Assembly (NCBI RefSeq): GCF_009914755.1 | Contig: NC_060940.1 | Length of the DNA stretch: 64,000 nucleotides | Strand: one strand, 5' to 3' | From: the human T2T-CHM13v2.0 reference genome, Homo sapiens | Shown: piece by piece, positions 25,449-39,529 of the stretch | Layout of the letters: the number at the start of each line of letters is the position of its first letter | How positions within the stretch are numbered: position 1 is the first letter of the stretch | Program-made: the position numbers and the translations under genes | The notes under the pieces: model-generated | What the model was told of the DNA's origin: nothing | Database searches by the model: none | The model's input: the letters and a program-made list of their open reading frames with translations, nothing else

Positions 25449-27179
25449 TGCCCAAGCCCCCATTCCCCAGGAGAAGTAGTGCCCAGGACTATGGTGCCCT
25501 TTGCAGGGCCGACCTCCCATCTCCATGGCGTCACTCTCTTTCCTTCTCGGGGACTTGGGGTGACCATGAGCCGTACTATCGAAGTACTTACTGTGGAAAG
25601 TGGAAGAGCTGAGGAGGGCGCCCGACAGGATCCCCCAGGACACCCTGGCCCATTCGGCACCATTCGAATGCATGAGATCGCAGGCCCTGTGCGGGTGCCC
25701 GGGGCATGAGGGGCCTGCCCGTCCTGCAGGGTGCTGCTCAGATGCCTCGACCCTGGGAGGCCCCTCCTGGCCATTCTTGCAGGCCTGTCCCAGCCTGTGC
25801 CTTCTGCTGGGGCAGGGCCTCAGGCAGCAGTGGACAGTGGCCAGGAGGGCGCTGCTCAGGTTGGGAGAGGCCCGTGGGGGATCAGCCTCCCCGGATCCCG
25901 GGGTGGGGCCAAGTTACACACAGAGATAATGCAGACTCAGGCAGTGCGCAGGCAAGGCCGGAGTGCCGAGTATGGTACAGGAAACGCAGTGTGCGCAGCT
26001 GGGCTGCACCGTGGTCCACACAGCCAGGCTCTTTGGTGTGTTTCCTGCACACAAGGACATTCACAAGCCCTCAGCATCGTCAGAATCAGGGAATGGACAG
26101 GTCCCTGCAAGGCCCCACTGCAGCCTGACCACTGTCCCCACGAGTTTCTGAGAGCGGAGTCTGATGGTGTCACGCCCTTCCCCAAGCCGCCGTCTCTCCT
26201 CCATCTCTGTCAGCCTGTGCAGGCTCCTGGCCCCTCCGTGCTGTGGGCACTCGGACTGCTTTGCCTTTGGATTCCTGGTGATGAGATCCTGGGTGGGCGG
26301 GGACAGCAGGGGGTGAGGCTGCGCTTCTGCAGGTGTCCTGGCGGCAGGTGTAAAATCTCACCCTGGGCGGTCTCTGGTGACGTGAACGCTGACGGTTTAA
26401 TTGATGCCGTGTCTGCAGCCTCCCCTGCAACGCTGTCCTTTCTCTCTATTATGATTAATCCGTGTTCTGTGGGGCGTCCTTTAAAGCCATGGGGACATCC
26501 ACGCGCACCAGGCTTCCAGCTGCTTGTCTGAGCCTGAGCTGTGGGGCCGCTTGTGCCCCAGGCCATCTCCTGGCACTGTCAGCTCCCACCACCGCCCCCC
26601 CCCCACCCTCCACATCAAGCAGGCTCCTGAGTGCTCAGGCATGGCCTCGTAGCCCTGGAGGGTCGTGATCTCCTACAAGCCTCTGGTGTTTTCCGTGCCC
26701 AGGCTGGAGCTGGCCAATTCTCCCAGGAGTCCTGGCCACTTTGAATGGAACACGGTACTGAGAAGCCGAGGTCTGGGTGCTCGGGATGCTCATGCCCATG
26801 GAGGCCGGGACGTCAAGGGGCTTCCAACTCCAGCCTCTCATGGGATGGTAGAGCGGCCTGGGCAGGGGCGGAGCTGAGAACAGAATTTCACCCCCGAGGT
26901 TCTCGGACTGGAGCTCCAGAGGAGCCGCTGCCCAGGGGCACTTATCGTGTCCTTCATGAAAACAGAAAGTTGAAAACCCCAGATGTCTAACAATGAGTGA
27001 ATGATTTGGCGAGCTGTGGCTCGGGGTCTGCCACGAATTCTTGGCTCCTGGACTGTGGACTGGGGGCGGACACCAACAGGAACTCTTAGAGGGAAGCTGG
27101 AGGAGGTGGGGGAGACAGAGCTTTGGAAAAAGAGCTTCGACTTCTCTCTTGGGTGGAGGAGACAAGGGGAGGGCACGCA

Positions 27180-27425
27180 GCCAGGGACCACGGGCCGCAA
27201 TGCTCCCTCCTTCCCAGGGTCCACAGGCGGCAATGCTCCCTCCTTCCCAGGGTCCACGGGCGGCAATGCTCCCTCTTTGTCAGGGTCCACGGGCGGCTGG
27301 TGCTTTTTCCTTCCCGGCGTCCACAGGCAGCAATGCTCCTTCCTTCTCAGGGTCCAAAGGCAGCATCACTCCCTCCTTCCTGGCATCCAGGGCGGTCGGT
27401 GCTCCCTGCTTTCCAGGGTTCCAGG
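27180..27425. repeat. 33-bp minisatellite, about 7 decaying copies
   Basis: CAATGCTCCCTCCTTCCCAGGGTCCAC(A/G)GGCGG with period 33; gives 11-aa periodic ORFs. Confidence 0.88.
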
Positions 27426-27688
27426 GGAAGTCCCACCCCCTGAATCTTGGGAGTTGGGGAAGAGGTGGGACCCTCGAGGACAGGCTGTAGCCCTCATACC
27501 CAGCCACCCCTAAGGGAGCATAGCTGCTCCACACAGCGGAATTCTCCGCGCACAGACAGCGCAGCCCTGACGCCTCCAGACACCCCTTCTTGCCGATGCC
27601 CTTTTCTAGCTTGATCTTGATGGTTCCTAGAGCCTGGGGGTCAAGTGTTCCCTGGCTCGCTTCCTGTAACATCAACTGGAACTTTTCA

Positions 27689-27966
<278 letters not shown>

Positions 27967-28454
27967 ATCATCATCATCTCTCAAGCATCAGTAAGACCTT
28001 ATTCTATAATGATGATGGTCACACAACTCTGAATAGACTAAAGACTAGTGAATTGTGCACTTCACATAGGTGAAATGTATAGTATGTTAATTATATCCAA
28101 GAAAGCTGTTTATTTCTAAAGGGATTTATCATTCTAATAACAAAAATAAATGATAATAGTGTGACTCTTTGGCACTTTCATTTTTTTTTTTTTCTGTTTG
28201 CTCCTTTGATCATCCAGCACATGGGTGGGAGAAGGCTGGGTTTCACTATCATCTCTGCCTTGTCAATGGATGAAGCCCAAACCCCAGGTGGGAAGTGCTG
28301 GGGTGGAGACTTCAATCCAGGGACTCTGCCCAGGGCCTGTCCCATGTTTTCATGTCAGCCGGCCTTTCGTCATCTTAGCCTGATCAGTCCTGTCTAAACT
28401 GGTCATTCTTGGGTTGAATCATTGGAATCCCTTTGGCCCTGTCACCAAATCCCC

Positions 28455-28890
28455 CTCTGGGACAATGCTGAGACAGCTCTGTGGCCTCCAAGATGAACCC
28501 ACTGACCCACGCCTCCTGGGGTTTATCATCTTCCTACATTGACTCAGGGCTGATGCGTGTGGCCTGTGGAACATGGCAGAGCTGATGGTGTGTAACTTCC
28601 ATGACTGAGCTGTACAAGGCACCACAGCTTCTGTCTTGGTCTCTCAGGCCATCCACTCCGAGGGGAGCCAGCCCCCATGCTGTGATATTCAAGTGGCCTC
28701 ACGGCAGGGTCCATTTGGAGAGAACTGAGTTCTGGCCAGCAGCACCACTGGCCAGTGTGTGATGGAGTGACCTAGGAGTGACCTGGGAAGGCCAGCCCCA
28801 GTCAGGCCTTCAAATGAGACTGCAACTCCAGCTGATGCAAGACTACAGCTTCAGGAGACTTTCAGGCAAGAATGCTTAGTCAAACCCCTC
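28455..28890 (+). mobile_element. MaLR LTR (MLT1-type)
   Basis: ATGGCAGAGCTGATGGTGTGTAACTTCC, CAGCCCCAGTCAGGCCTTCAAATGAGACTGCA motifs. Confidence 0.6.
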
Positions 28891-29019
28891 CAGAAATAGG
28901 GGCTCTTATTCTATCAGCAAGACCATGGCCTGCAGTAATGTGGAAAGTGGCCCAATGAGCTGAATGATCAAGCTAGCAAGCTTTGTAAGGAGGGCACTGA
29001 GGGTGGCATATCTTGTACC

Positions 29020-29196
<177 letters not shown>

Positions 29197-29369
29197 TAAA
29201 ATAAGAGAGGGAAGAGATAAACTAAAGGAAGGGCTGCTAAATATGAAAGAGATGCTTTCTGTCTGAAAACACTTTTTCTCATTCCCGGCCCCTCAAGGTG
29301 GCACACAAAGCTGAGAATAGGAAACCCAGGGATGCAGGTCATTTAGGGAACAGGACAGGTGATGGTGGC

Positions 29370-29852
29370 AAGCCTCCCAGATGGCTCCAGTGACCCCCCC
29401 CAACTCCTGTATTTGTCTGTGTGTGCTCCCCTCCCACACAGCAGGGCTGGTCTGTGTGGTCAGCATAGAGTACGTTGTGGGCAACATGTGACTTCCCCTT
29501 GAGGCTGGATTATAATGGCATGGCAGCCTCCACTTAGCCTGTTGGCTCACTCACTCTAGAAGAAGCTGGCCACCATGCTGTGAGGACATCAGGCAGGCCC
29601 TGGAGAGTAACTGCGGCCCTCAGCCAATAGCCAGCACCAGCCCACCCGCGTCGTGAGGGAGCCACCAGCCCCAGTCTAGCTTTCAGGTGATGCACCCCAA
29701 GCTGACATAAGACCACATGAGAGACCCTGAGGAAAACCACCCTGCTGAACACTTCCCACTTTCCTGGCTAACAGTCTGTGAGAGATAAAAAGTGATTTTT
29801 GCTCTTTAAGCCATTAAGTTTTGGGTGTGTAGCAACACAGCAACAGATATAA
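29370..29852 (+). mobile_element. MaLR LTR (MLT1-type)
   Basis: Ends TTTAAGCCATTAAGTTTTGGGTGTG..CACAGCAACAGAT; internal CAGCCCCAGTCTAGCTTTCAGGTGA. Confidence 0.65.
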
Positions 29853-30369
29853 AATATAGCAGCATGTAAAAGACCTGCATAGAATTCCTATGGAAGTGGG
29901 GATGCACCATGGATTTGGACCAGGGACAGACAATATCATCTGTTTTTCCTCCCTGAAACCCTTCTTAATGATCCTGGAGTCAGGGCACTCCTATCAGAAT
30001 CAATGACCTGCTTTGGGTTTTAATTCTAACCAGCACTGGCATGTCCCCTCCAACATGCGAGGTATGAGAAGGACTTGCTTTTGGTTACTTAAACATGCCA
30101 GGCCATCTGACACCCTCACTAATGACAACCACTTTGCAATCTCACTGATTCTCACTTGGGTGGCCAGTGTTTGACCAGTGACTCTTCTAAAAAGTTGGAC
30201 ATGCCGTTACCCAGGGGTGTGCTCCGTGTCTGCCCCGTGGAGGAAGTACTTTGTTCAAAATGCTTAATCAGTCCTAGCACCAAACCAGGGTGTCAGCCTT
30301 GGCTGAGCCCTGGAGACACCTGGGAGCTCTGAACATGCAGCTGCCCACCCCACCCCACCCCGGGAGTCC

Positions 30370-30540
30370 CTGGGAGCTGGAGGAGGCCGGAAGGGGCCTC
30401 CCCGGGGCCCTCAGAGGGTGCACAGCCCTGGAACAACTGGCTCTCAGACTTGGCCTCCAGCGAGGGAGAGGGTGAATTTCTGTCACATGGAGCCCCCGGT
30501 TTGTGGCACTTTGCTGCAGCAGCCCCAGCACACGGATGTA
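30370..30540 (+). mobile_element. MaLR LTR fragment
   Basis: GGAGCTGGAGGAGGCC..TTTGTGGCACTTTGCTGCAGCAGCCCCAG. Confidence 0.55.
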
Positions 30541-33500
30541 AAGTGGGGCTGGCATCAGCCCCACAGCCCTTTGTTCCTGCTTCATGGCCCCCAGGAGAGA
30601 CACCCTGAGCTCCCACTCTCCCACACACACTCGAGGCTGAAAACGCAGGATTTTTATGCCCAGACCTGCTGTTTCTTTCAGTTGTAACCTTTATCTTATG
30701 AAAACATTTCTGACCTGCTCGAAGGTAGAAGGGCAGGACTCATCGCTTCTGCCTCCTCTTTCTGCCCAAGGATAGAATAAAAGCCAGCCACGTGGTCCCT
30801 ACAGGAGGACGCCATGTGGTCACTGCTGTCACCAAGAGACTGCACAGGCTCCAGCTACGCATGGGCGCCCTGAGTGTTAACTGGGCTCAGCCATGTCCTC
30901 ACTTTGATGGTGACACACAGAGGCATCTGCCTGTTAAGCAGGTGGTCCCCTGGGGTCCCCTGAGAGCACAGCCAGGGAACTGGATGCCCACATTTCCTCA
31001 CTCTCCTCCCATCTTCCCTCCCTCATCTTCCTCCATGCGCTTGAGTGCTTGCTCTGAAATCCAACCTTTAGTGACAATAAAGGAATGAAAAAGAATTCCC
31101 TCCACTTAAAGTGGACAGCAAGCCCCTCAATTCCTCTAGGACCCTCTGTCCTTGGTGTCATGGCAGAGCAGGTGGGTCTGCGGAGACGGGGGGCCCATGG
31201 GTGGCTGTCCGGGGCTGGAGGGGATGGGCAGTCATTGGGTGGCCTTTGGGGATGATGAAAACGCTTTGGAAGTAAACAGAGGGCATAGTACAGCATGCGC
31301 CTCATGCCACCTACCGTGTCATACTTTAAAACGTTAATTTTATGTGCAGTGAGTTTCACCTCAATTTAAAAAACAGGAAGAGAAGTACCAGAGGATGAGA
31401 ATTGTTTACTCCCTGTGTGCTCTGTGCATGTGAGATGAATGTCACACTCCACACACACTTGCAGACTCCCAGCCGGGTGCCGTTCCTGCCCTTCTGGGGT
31501 TGATGACCTGTACAAAGCCCCCAAAAGAATGGGATGGTGTCCCGACAGCCTGGGGCTTCGAGGGGGGAGGGCATCGCCCGGGTGGACCCTGCCCCACCCA
31601 CATGTTCTCGAGGTCAGACCCCTCATTGAGGGGTGGCCGAGGGTACACCAACTGGCAGGCTGGGTCTCTGTGTTCCGAACACAGCGCTGGGGCCCTTTCT
31701 AGAAGCTTCCTGGAAGCGAGAGTCAGTTTTTGTGTAGGCGCGGGGAACACAGGCCGGAGGCCCCGTAAGGACGGGCACATCTCCCTCCCGTTGCCTCACT
31801 GGCCGCACCTGCTTCAGGGGAGCAAAGGGGGCTGCTGGGGTGCTCGGGCTGTGGGAGGTGCCCATCAGAAGGTGAGTGTGAAAACAGCAGTGTGTGTGGA
31901 AGCAATGGAAGGGGGGTCTGGGGAAAATGAGGGGGCGGTCAGGACGGGCTTCTGAAACAGTTTTTAAATGTCTGTTTTCTGATTATAAAGGCAATGTATG
32001 CTCATTGTAGCAAACTTCAAAAATACAGGAAAGTAGAAAGTGGGAAAAGGTGCTGCGAATCTGCCGTCCAGACCTAACTGAGAAGGCATGGCGTGTTGCT
32101 GCCTTCAGGGCATGTGCCAATGGCTCCTCCTGGGCCCACGCCTCCTCCTGCACCCACCCTCACATCTCCCCATCCGGCATGAAGCCTCTCAGTAGCTATT
32201 TATGGGCTAAATTTTGGCCATGATTAAATTCCTGTAACTCGGCTTCCCTGGAAGCTCATAAGAGCCCAGGATGCCTTAAGTGGATGGAACGGCGACTCGG
32301 GGCTCAGGGGAAGGCAGGCAGAATCACTGAGGCACCTGCACTCCGCCTGGCAGTAGCCTGCCTCAGTGGCAGCAGCTCAGTTTTGGGTGCTGTTTATCTC
32401 CTACGAACGAGGAAACCAGGGCTCTGAAAGCACCAAGGCTGGCTAAGGGTCCCCACAGGGAATTGAGGAGTGGGCTGGAATTCCCCCCCAACCAGTGCCC
32501 CCTTGCTGAGCCTGGAGTGGGGTCTGAGTGTTAAACTCTCCAGGGGAACCCCCACCAAGGGTGACCCCCCCACAGAGACCGGAGGGCTGGACATCCCGAA
32601 TTCCTTGGAGCAGGTGCACCCCTCTGCTGCCTAGGAGGAAAAAAGCCCAGTGGGTTAGGAAACACCCGCTCACCCTTGCAAAGCCGCAGCAGCATCCAGG
32701 GTCTTGGCCGCTCATTCTAGTTTATGGCGAAAGCCAGGTGGAGCCAGGAACAGACTCTGTGCTTCTGAGGCAGCCGGACACAGCTCTTGACGCAGAAGGT
32801 TGATTTTGTTTGGATCTCTCTTGACCAGACAAGGTAGGGTTAAGTGTGTGAAGGGGGAGAAGGGAATGCAGACTGCCTGGAACTTGAAACTTCCCAGCCC
32901 AGAGCCAGCCAGTGCGTGGAGACGCAGCCCCAACGTGCTGCTGCTGCTGCGGACACCTGGGGCGTGGAGCCAGGGCACGGGGCAGCTGTCCCTCTGCAGC
33001 CACACACCACAGGGGATGGGCACCAGCAGACACGCCTGCTCGCTCCAGGGTAAGTGCAGTGTGTGGCGTCTGGGGTGGCTCTGGTGTTAAGGAGGTCAGA
33101 AGTGAAGTGTTTTCACGCAGGCTGGATTCGATGCGATTGGGCCATCCGGATTGACGATGGTGACGATCGCGATGCCTTCAGGCTCGCAACCGAGGGGGTG
33201 CACGCAGGGGAACGTGCCATCTGGGAATGTCTTTCAGGCAAAACAAAGCATTTTGCTTTCCAGTTGATAATAGGGAGTGCTGAACCCAATGCCAAGAGCT
33301 CAAAGGCGAATTCGTTTGGTGGGAAGAGTCCGCCTGCATCTTTGATCTGATGTGGTTAGGGGCGTCCTCCCCAATTAACGATTTCTATTAGCTGCTGGCT
33401 TTGTCTTCTCTCCTTTTTGTGGCACGCTCCAGGTGACCGGCTTATCTCTCGGCGCCCAGGTTGGGATATGCCGTGGACAGACTCAATTAGCTAAACATGT

Positions 33501-34215
33501 TGTTAAACGTGCAGCTCATTATGCTTTTTTTTTTTTTAAGAAAAAGAAAAACAAAGTGTGGAGGCAGAAGGCCCGGGTGCCCCGGCCACCCAGGGGCAGG
33601 ACGAGTTTGGGGCTTGCAAGTCCACAGCGAATCTGAAGCAGGCGCCATCAATAACAAAGTGCCTTTACGATATTTATAAGAACTAGGCTCTCCTCAATCC
33701 TTTCATTTGAACACGTTTCAAAGCAGACCCCTTCCTGGCACTTCGGTGAGGTGTCTGTTTCCCATTATAAAGCTGGGCCATGAACGAAAGTGACAATCGC
33801 AGCTTCCAAACATAAACTTCCTGAAACTCCTTTAGAAGGTTCCTCCATGACGTGTAGACATAAGCAGAAAGCCGTCACGCTGGGAGGTCGGCCGCGGGTG
33901 CGTCTTGGCTCCGTCATGATCCTGGTGAGGGTGGCAGGTCAGGATTGTAAACTCCAGGAGGGGACTTAAGCGACAGAACAGGGAAGAAAAGTGGCTGAGC
34001 TTAGCGACAGGCCGGCCTCAGAAGTGACATTCCCCCCGCAGACCCCTGCCCCCCGCCCAGTGTCCTTACACTTTGTGCAGAAATCTGGCGTGATCTAAGA
34101 TATTCGTTCAGAATTCCCATGTGCTGGTGATTTATCACACCTTCCAGTGTCCTGAGCAGGAACAGGACAGAAGGCGTCGGTGGCTTTTTGGTTAAAAACA
34201 GGCAGGGCCATGCCA

Positions 34216-34522
34216 GGCCAGGCTTGGTGGCTCACGCCTGTAATCCCAGCACTTTGGGAGGCCAGGGCGGGTGGATCACCTGAGGTCAGAAGTTTGTAGA
34301 GCAGCCTGGCCAACATGGTGAAACCCCATCTCTACTAAAAAAATACAAAAATTAGCTGGGTGTGGTGGCAGGCACCTGTAATCCCAGCTACTCAGGAGGC
34401 TGAACCTGGGAGGTAGAGGTTGCAGTGAGCCGAGATCGTGCCATCGCACTCCAGCCTGGGGCACAAGAGTGAGACTTCGTCTCAAAAAACAAAACAAAAC
34501 AAACAAAAACAAACAAACAAAA
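34216..34522 (+). mobile_element. AluS SINE with internal deletion
   Basis: Alu consensus with CAGGAGGCTGA|ACCTGGG jump, (CAAAA)n tail. Confidence 0.9.
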
Positions 34523-34984
34523 GAACATGGGCAGGGCCTCTCGCCCAGTGTGGTGGCTCTTAGGGACGCAGAGCTTCCTGGCCGCCCTTCGGCTCTGATT
34601 CTGTTTGTCCCCACAGCAGTCCACGGGCCGTGAGATCTCAAAGGCTGGGCACTGGACGCTTTGCTCTCTATCCTTCACACCAAGCTGGTCTGTGCTCTCC
34701 ACCTGCTGGGGCTGCCCAGTGCCCCTTGCCAGAGACCCAGCTCAGAAACTCAGAAATGCTTCCAGCCACCCGCCCTCGGGACCGGCGTGAAGACCCGGTG
34801 CTGGGGCTCCTGGGTGGGGCTGTCACTGCCTGAGTTTGGGGCCTGCCCTTCTTGTCCCCCCCGAATCTCCCCCTCCCTAATCCCTTGGGGGGGATCGGGA
34901 GAGTGGGGGTTCCTAGTTTCATTTCTCCTGCGTGAATCAGATCATCTTCTCACCCCACGGGAGCCCTGGGACGCCGAGGCTGGG

Positions 34985-35357
34985 TGGGGGCGGTGGGATA
35001 ATCCTCCGTGGCACGGGGTGGGGGTGGAATAATCCACGGCACAGGGGGGGCGGTGGGATAATCCTCTGTGGCATGGGGGGGTGGTGGGATAATCCTCCGT
35101 GGCACGAGGAAGCAGTGGAATAATCCTCCATGGCACAAGGGAGCGGTGGAATAATCCTCTGTGGCATGCGGGGGGGGGGTGTGGAATAATCCTCCGTGGC
35201 ACGAGGGGGTGGTGGAATAATCCTCCGTGGCACGGGGGGTGGAATAATCCTCCGTGGCATGAGGGGGCGGTGGAATAATCCTCCGTGGCACGAGGGGGCA
35301 GTGGTATAATCCTCTGTGGCACGAGGGGTCGGCGGTATAATCCTCCGTGGCACGAGG
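34985..35357. repeat. About 31-bp G-rich minisatellite, 12 copies (GGTGGAATAATCCTCCGTGGCACGAGGGGGC)
   Basis: TAATCC recurs twelve times at 27-35 bp spacing. Confidence 0.95.
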
Positions 35358-35669
35358 ATGGTCACCGCATTCGTCACTCTTAGCTGCAGTGCGTGTGACA
35401 GTCGCCAGGGCTGCTGTTTGAGGAATGGGGGTTGCCTGCGTCTGCTCTGCCGCAGGTGGTTTGTAGGGTGGTTTTTACTCCTTGCCAAAGCCCACACAGC
35501 CCCGCAAGGCAAACAGTGTTCAACTCTTTTCATGGCTGAAAAACTGGGACATCAGAGAGGTTAAGACACTGGCCAGGGCCACCTGGCAGGGAAGCTTCCG
35601 GGCCTTGCCTGCACCAGGACTGTCCGATGGGGACGTCATCTGCCTCCCAGACGGTATCTTAAAAAAAAA

Positions 35670-36040
35670 AAAAAAGACAAGGGATTTATTGAGATACACT
35701 TCACATACCATAGAGTTCACCCATCAAAGTGCAGTTCCGTTTAGACTGCAGAGAGATGTGCACACACAACCACTATCAACTTGGAAATTTTCATTACCGC
35801 AGACAGAAGCCCCCAGCCTCTCGCCGGCCCCTTTCATTACCCTAGACTGAAGCCCCCCCAGCCTCTTGCCCGCCCCTTTCATTACCCCGGACGTTAAGTC
35901 CCCAGCCTCTCGCTGACCCCGCCAGCCACACTCTGCTTCAGTCTAGGAGTCGTCAGCTCTGGTCCTGTCCCATGTGCGGGTCACACAATGCGTGGCCCTT
36001 TGGGAGTGTCTCCCTTGCTCAGCGTCACATTCCGGGGGCC
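35670..36040 (-). mobile_element. Old L1 3' fragment with internal tandem duplication
   Basis: TTTATTGAGATACACTTCACATACCATAGAGTTCACCCAT is an L1M 3' end motif; CCCCAGCCTCT..CCCCTTTCATTACCC repeated at 35810-35915. Confidence 0.6.
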
Positions 36041-36338
36041 TGTCCACGCAGCCAGCACCACCCCAGATGTTCTTGTCTGAGCCTACAAAGATTCCTAAAG
36101 AAAGGTTAGAAACTTCAGCTTCATTGGCTCCAGCCAGTGTGGACACTCCTATCCTTCTGTGATCCTGTTTTCTGCCTGTCCCCACAGCCTGATAAAATGT
36201 GCTCCCCACCCCTCCCTTTTTCTTACACCTGGAGGCCTCCAGCTAGACTTCCTTCAGGCCTGCGTTTCACTATCAGTGTGTGGACCTCTGGTTATTTTTT
36301 TCCTGGAGAGGAAACTACTTGGGTATTAAGGGGAATTT

Positions 36339-36637
36339 TGGCCGGGTGCAGCAGTGGCTCATGTCTGTAATCCCAGCACTTTGAGAGGCTGAGGCAGGAG
36401 GATCACTTGAGTCCAGGAGTTTGAGACCAGCCTGGGCAATACAGTGAGACCCTATCTCTACAAGAAACAATTTTAAAAAATTAGCCAGGGGTGGTGGTGC
36501 GTGTGTATAGTCCCAGACAGTTAGGAAGCTGAGGCAGGAGGAACAGTTGAGCTGGGAAGGTCAAGGCTGCAGTGAGAGCTAGGATGGTGCCACTGCACTC
36601 CAGCCGGGGCAACACAGTGAGACCCTGTCACAAAAAA
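36339..36637 (+). mobile_element. AluJ SINE
   Basis: Diverged full Alu. Confidence 0.88.
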
Positions 36638-36696
36638 GGAAAGAGGAGTTTTGATCCTCAACACTATAAAGGCCTCTATAACACATACAGCATTTT

Positions 36697-37015
<319 letters not shown>

Positions 37016-38637
37016 TACATACAGCATTTTCAAAGGGCCCAGGGGGACACAGTGAACCCAGCAACCCCAGGCAGGATTAGCAAATAAGCATAATTGGGAA
37101 CGGATGAAGAGCTGAAAGCCTGAGTGCTAAGTTGTAAAGACTCGGAAGCCCTGGTGGGAGCTCGGTAGTTGATGGATGATGTCTGCCATGACTGGGTAGG
37201 GGTTTAATGGCATGTGTGCTACGTGGTGGCATCTGGTGCAGATTTGGTTGGGTGGGAGAAGTCCCTGGATCCCAGAAGTCAGGGTGGGCACACCCAGGAA
37301 GCAAGCACTCACACCACCTCGTGTGTGGACAGCAGGGCCTGGCTGGCCTGGCCCAGGGGGCTCCATCACGGTTGCAAGCTGCAGGCCGACTGGGTCTTGG
37401 CGCGGGCCCAGTAAGCTGCTTTCAGGGAGTCTGTGAGGAGCTGCCTCTTGGGTCAGCCACCTCTGAGTAGCAGAGGATTTAAAAACCAGACCCCATTGCC
37501 CTGCCACACCTGCAACATCTGGCCCAGCACAGTGTGTGTCCTTCTTGGGTAGCCGGGTCCCTGCAGAGGGAGACAGTGTGGCGGGCGCCAGCAGGCCGTG
37601 CTCCAGCCTCCACCCGCGCCCCCACACCCTGGAGTCAGCGCACTGCAGAGCTGTGACGGCCCCTCCTCTTCCTCCATGCGGCTCCTGCACCCGCCTCTCC
37701 CTGCTCGTGATTCACCTATGGGGCTCAGCACAGGGATTCCTGAAGGAATTTTTCTCCATCCGAGAGGCAGGACGATAAACTCCCACAGATGAGATTGGCT
37801 GTCTAGCAGAGGAGAACCCTGTGTACTCTTATGTTCTAGAGCTTTCTTTTGGTGTCACCTTATTTTTGCAACCTCCTGCCTAATTTTCTTTTGAAATGTT
37901 TTTTCACTTTAAAAACTGATTCAGAGAGCAGATGTGAACAGAGAAAGGAGTAGGCTGCCTGTGCCCACGTGTCTAGGCCAACCAGCGGCTTTTCTGCAAT
38001 GCTGCACCCGGAGCAGCCCCCACTGTCTGTGGCCTTGGCAGACACTCCCTTGTTCATGTGGCCTCGGCAGACACTCCCTTGTTCATTTTGCACCACGTGA
38101 GCCAAGGCAGGTTGGGTGGGCCATGGCTGCTCTTGGTCCCAGCGACGGGCATTCAGGTGCAGGCTGGGGTGGGCGTGGATGCCTGCTGGCCACCAGCCTG
38201 GGATGCCGTGGGACGGAGCTCAGCTCAGCCACCGCCTGCCATTGCCGCACAGGCCAGGAGGTGAATTTAGCTGAAGCCGTCGCCCCCAGGCGGGAATCCC
38301 ACTGTCTGCCTTCAGGAGGGGTGGCAGCAACGCCAGCCTCTCCAGGGTGATTTTCGGTAGAAACAGACCCCTCTAGATCCCAGAAACTGGGCCCTCACCA
38401 TGGCCAGCTCAGCCTCATGGGGTGAAAAGCCATTGTAATATCCAAGTAACAGCAGCGAGGGTCACGAGTTCTGCCTTTGGGGCGTGCTGGCAGGCGGGCG
38501 GGGGTCTGCGTGCCTCGGCTCTCTCAGGCCCACGCGGGAGGTGCCGTGACTGTCCCAGGCTTCAGACAAGCTGACTATGGCCAGCTGGAAAAGGCTCCCC
38601 CAAATGCCCTGATCCCCAGAACCTGTGCTTGATGCCT

Positions 38638-39008
38638 GGATTAGCCCATTTTCACACTGCTATAAAGAACTGCCCAAGACCGGGTAATTTACAAAGGAAA
38701 GAGGTTTAATTGACTCACAGTTCAGCATGGCTGGGGAGGCCTCAGGAAACTGACAATCATGGCGGAAGGCAAAGAAGCAAGAACCTTCTTCACAAGGCAG
38801 CAGGAAGGAGAAATGCAGAGCAAAGGTGGGAAGAGCCTTTTATAAAACCATCAGCTCTCACAAGAACTCACTCACTATCATGAGAACAGCATGGAGGAAC
38901 CACCCCGTGATTCAGTCACTGCCCCCTGGGCTCTCACTCCACACGTTAGGATCATGGGGATTAAATTCGAGGTGAGATCTGGGTGGAGACACAGAAACTG
39001 ACCATGCC
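38638..39008 (-). mobile_element. THE1/MST-type MaLR solo LTR nested in an older MLT1 LTR (about 38590-39365)
   Basis: ATTAGCCCATTTTCACACTGCTATAAAGAAC..GAAAGAGGTTTAATTGACTCACAGTTC..GGGAGGCCTCAGGAAAC is the THE1/MST hallmark; flanks carry MLT1 motifs. Confidence 0.82.
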
Positions 39009-39529
39009 ACTGCTGTGCACAGCACTGCCGGTGGCTGAGGGTCACGAGGCAAGGTCTTCCCAGATGATCCAGCTGGGCCCAACATAATGGCAGGGTCCTT
39101 TTAAGGAAGAGGCAGAGGAAGATTCGGCCCACACAGAGGCAATGGCCCTGGGACACAGACGTGGAGGCAGAGATTACAGCGAAGCAGCCACAAGTCAGGG
39201 CACGCCTGGCTTGCAGACGCTGCAGAAGCAGGAAGGACCCTCAGGAGAGCACAGCACTGCAGCCCTTGGCTTTGTCCCCACAGGGCCCATGTTGGGCTCC
39301 GGCCTCCACACCACATTTTAAGGCCCTCAGTTTGTGACGTCATGGCAGCCCAGGTGCCTGGTAATGGCTGAGGGCTGAGGTGCCCTCCCATGCCCTGCAC
39401 ACAGGTCTCACTGACCCCAGAGTCAACTCCTCCGTGCGATCTGTATGTCATTTGGAGGTGGATGCAGGGTAGAGAAAAGAAGACTTTCTTGAGGATTTTT
39501 GTCCCCTTCTCTTTGAAGAAATAAGGCCA

